Positions 60,301 to 64,000 of a stretch of DNA of 64,000 bases are shown here, piece after piece. Where the stretch lies: NCBI GenBank assembly GCA_905178155.1, contig CAJINV010000003.1, positions 7,249,612 to 7,313,611 on the forward strand, read 5' to 3'. The first letter of the stretch is position 1. Each line of letters opens with the position of its first letter. Made by a program: the position numbers and the translations under genes. The notes below the pieces were generated by a model. The model was not told where the DNA came from and made no database searches. It saw only the letters and a list, made by a program, of their open reading frames with translations. This DNA is from Amoebophrya sp. A120 (taxonomy: Eukaryota > Protista > Dinoflagellata).

Positions 60301-63208
60301 AGCTCTCGCCTGCGTTCTCGTTCACGCGCCGCGGCGGCCGAAGCGCTCGGGGAGCCCCCTTCCATCCCAATAGTTACATCCATGCCGGGAAACATGTTTG
60401 TCGTAGGGTGTCCAGGAAGCCTGAGAGATCAAAGAAGAGGTATCTTCCAAACAGGAGTGTAGATAATTCATTAGAAATGAGTCTCACTGTGAGCAAAAAT
60501 AATCCGCGAGGAAGATGTCAGTGTACATATAAGCATAGCTCTAAACCATAACCAACTGCCGTGCTGAAGTTGATCGAGCATTACGCATCGTGCTGGCTCG
60601 TCCAGCTGTACGCAACATTGCCATCAAATATCAGATCTTTGCCTGTTTCAAAACTACCTGCGTCTCACAGGGAGGTGGGTCCAAGTGCGGTGACTACTGC
60701 AGCACGAAAAAAAAACACATGGAGGGCGAAGGATACATCACTATCACGACTCGGACTCGACTGAGAGGAACAGGAACAACATCAAGAACTCAATTCGAAT
60801 ACAACTTCTGAGTGATAGATTTCCTTCATGATTACTCTTGCAGACCTTGTCTTTTGATTCTGATTCGAGTAGACATACGTGTCACCACAGCAACGATCCA
60901 GGTAAGATATTATGGTGAACTATCTCAAGGTGCACGAAAAAAGACCACGGACGCGACGGATAGAATCCTTCGCCAGTGCGAAAAAATGGGATGAAGATGA
61001 ACCCTACTATTAAATCATGCTATTTGTAGTAGCTCAACGGCGACGAGTTGTACAGCAAACGCAAAATGAAAGCAGAACATATAGATAGGTACCTTGTATG
61101 CTCAACGCCTCCCAGCATGTTGGTTTCGAATCCAACAGCCTCATGCTCCTGGTCCGGTTTTGTCTGGAACGTGTTCACGGGCTCGGGAAGCCGGTCCATA
61201 TAATCGCCGTACGTATCCGGATCGGCCCCCAGATCGACCATCAACCGATGAGGGGCTCGGACTCCGGATCGGGAACTCGGAGGAGCGCTGTTGTTGACCA
61301 CCAGACAGGACAATACATTCATAAAGCAGAACTGAGTTGTTGTACACGCAGCGCGAGCGATGCCAGCGAGTGGCGTCTTTTTCATCTACACGTATCTATC
61401 AGAACCACTGCTGGAACCAAGAAGAGGACCACGTGGTCATATTTCAACATTGACAAAAAAATTATTTATGTATGACGTTCACTGTCCCTCTGACACACAC
61501 AAAGAACAACACAGATCAGTAGAAGGACGAGCACATCAAATGCCAAGTATTCAGCACTAGAAAATCCGTACGCCTCGCCCTCTGGCCTCTTCGTGATCTC
61601 GCGGGGCGGTCCCAGCGTGTAGTCCGGTGTCTTTTTGTTGCTGCTACCCCGTTTAGCCCCGTGGTTGGTGCCGGTACCAGTTCGGTACGTGGCGAGCGTG
61701 TCCGGCGATCCGCCGAACCTTACCGCTGCATTGGGCGAGCCCCGCTGCAAATGCGGACTGTATTGACTTGCGCTGCTGGTTGCAGACGAACCCTGATTGA
61801 AGATGATTTCAAATACAAATTCTTCTAAACAAGCTATAGCGACGTATCAGCACACGTAATCCTCGTCTATCAGTAAAATACGGACGTCGAGTAATTAATT
61901 GTGTGATAAAAACTGTTCAAGCTGAAACCTTCCATGCCTAATTCAGAATTATGCGTTTGCGCGTGCCACTCGCACACATCCAAATTCACGCAAGTAAAAC
62001 ACTTTGCGTCCTTTTCGGTGGTGAATAACATTCTACAGCAGCGTATCCTGGACGACATGTATACTTTCTTCATTTCAACTGGTGTACATCGAAAATGATT
62101 CCACCACGATGATGCATTTCTGTTGAACTCAGTACTTAAAAAACTACTTCATCAGGTATTGGTGTAGCAAGTTGTAGCTCTACGTACTTGCTTCATCGCA
62201 GGTAAAACATCCTTTATGACTGCTAAACACCGCAACCGCAAACACGATTATGTCCATCATGTAGTCATACCATAGCTGAAGGCTGCAATGCTTGTGGCGC
62301 TGGGTTAAATGACGTTTTGTTATTCGTTGATGAAACCGACCCTCCTCCCGCGCTGAAGCCCATCAGCGGCGGAGCACCGCTTCCCGAAGCATTCACCATT
62401 GTCTTCGACGCGACCGCTGGGCTGTTGCTGCTCTTTATCGCGGATGAGGTAGTAAACAAGCCGGATCCGGCGCCTTGGTCGCCGGGAGAGGACGACGTGA
62501 AGGAACTCCGACCACCACCACCAGGCTGGCGCTGCGCTTGCAATATTGGCGACGTCAGCGAAGATGTGTGCGATGAGGCAGCGATGTTGCTCGTAGAAGT
62601 TGCACTTCCTTGGTGCTGGAGATACGAGATCGGAGATCCAGTCGACGACGCCGAGGGCGCTAGGATGTTGCCTCCTGGCTGAAGCTGCTGATGCGCGCCT
62701 CGCTGACTGCCTGCAGTCGAGGAGATGCTGGAAGTAGTTGTCGCTGCAGCAGGAGGCGGTGGCGACCCGAAGCCCGTGTAAACGCGGAGGTTATTGCTGT
62801 CGGGTCCGTGAAACCACGGCTGTAGCCGGAACTGGCCACTGGGCCCAGCGGGAGGTTGCTGCGGTTGTCGGTTCGTATTAGTACCACTGCTACTGTAGTA
62901 GGAACTGTTCATATGTTTTCCACGGCTCTCCTGCGGAGATGAAACGGGCGACGTCTGAAGGTGAAGGTATCTGCTCTTTTTTGTCACCTGTTCAACGCCG
63001 CTACCCGACGGCCCCGCGAGGCGCATCTGGAGTTGGAGTTGGTACTGGTGCCCAGCACAGGGGCACTTGTACGTATGTTGACTTCCAAAGCCGAAGAACG
63101 CAATGGCGGGGAGCAGAAAATGCTTACGTCTAGCAAGAACGGCACCAACCTTCTCCGTCGTTCGCGTCGTCGGTGCCGAAAGTTGTAGTGGGCGGTTCTG
63201 TCCGTTAC
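57336..63208 (-). CDS. Atypical protein-kinase-like protein with a long disordered N-terminal region; both ends uncertain (may continue to ~56575 and upstream of 63208)
   Basis: GT-AG splicing assembles KKFAGGGLNHEF (G-loop), GKLLVKVI (beta3 Lys), GEAVETEYL (alphaC), YDIVVLNFVENCINIRDLV (hinge) and KMGDGKADNILINRQG|NLYIVDIGS (catalytic loop and DFG-like motif). Upstream low-complexity ORFs 59066-59806, 60189-60420, 61093-61288, ~61572-61792 and 62271-63208 join through phase-compatible GT-AG introns. Confidence 0.65.
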
Positions 63209-64000
63209 TAAAAGTGCGATCCTAATCGCAGCCGCCACTGTTGACGCATTTCCGGCTTAGCAACAAAGCGAGAACAAAAGCCTCGATCTCCTCGTGTTTT
63301 GTCACCATTTACACCGACCCAGGAGCGCTACACGCCTCATATTTTTCACTTGTCATTCATCTTATGGGAGAATCTGAGAACCATTTGTTCACAGCTACGG
63401 CAACCTCAAGGACCTAATCACTACATACTTCCGACATGCTTATCCATGTCCAAACTACAAAATTTCTTTGTGACGATACTTGGTCCGCGACCAGAAAGTC
63501 CAACTTGCAGCACCCAGCTCAACATCTACTTCAACTTCATAGCCGCGAAACATACTATCTCGACGACGACGACGACAACGACAATGTCCAAAAATTTCGT
63601 CCTCTGTTTGCTCGAGTTTACTGCTGTGAAGGCAAAGAAATGATCATAAATAAACAAATTCGCTCATTCGATCATCTTGTTGCTTCGCCTCGGTCACAAC
63701 GTCCGTTAGGAAGGATATCAATAACCACAAGATGCGGATGTAGTACATGCACATTTCAACTCTAGCAGGAAAGATCTGCACCCGCTGCTGCTCTACAACC
63801 TTCGCATCAACGACCAATACTCACGAACATTGGATTTCCGCCCGCTTCCGCGATCAATGTCACCAGCATTATTGAATTATAACAGAGGTATCGTTTTCTG
63901 TTGGATGTCGCTCCTTGGCGATCGTCGTTTGATGGTTCGTCTGCTACTAGGTAGGAAAAGCCGTCCTCTGCTGGTGGTGGCGAGGGCGGCCACGCAGGGG

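Noticed and set aside
1-64000. Prokaryotic systems (CRISPR arrays, operons, transposases, rRNA/tRNA)
   Set aside because: No repeat-spacer array, transposase or reverse-transcriptase motif, or structural RNA signature seen; gene structure is eukaryotic.

Overview
Eukaryotic, intron-containing DNA. Every gene I could reconstruct lies on the minus strand. Several introns lack GT-AG ends and are instead bounded by terminal inverted repeats plus 3-5 nt direct repeats. These features, together with the near-universal AG|G acceptors, suggest a syndinian dinoflagellate such as Amoebophrya (inference, not proven). Nearly half the window is one six-exon gene (5376-36750, about 9,857 aa if started at the first ATG), whose first exon is 24.4 kb long. 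It encodes a type-I membrane protein with a fibrocystin-L/PKHD1L1-like scaffold (IPT/TIG, PA14-like, two G8 + beta-helix units). Added to this are laminin-EGF clusters, Big_5-like Ig, PAN/apple, discoidin-like, TSP1, sushi and SEA-like modules. The cytosolic tail carries MORN repeats and a probable PDZ-like domain. The ectodomain is punctuated by low-complexity inserts flanked by RRL(S/Q) motifs resembling the apicomplexan TEXEL/PEXEL cleavage site. The rest of the window holds a complete 8-exon NME7 gene, a cryptic spliced atypical kinase, a membrane-anchored Ser/Gly-rich protein and a low-complexity gene carrying several introner-like introns. I saw no rRNA, tRNA or CRISPR array. All splice models were derived by eye and need RNA-seq confirmation.
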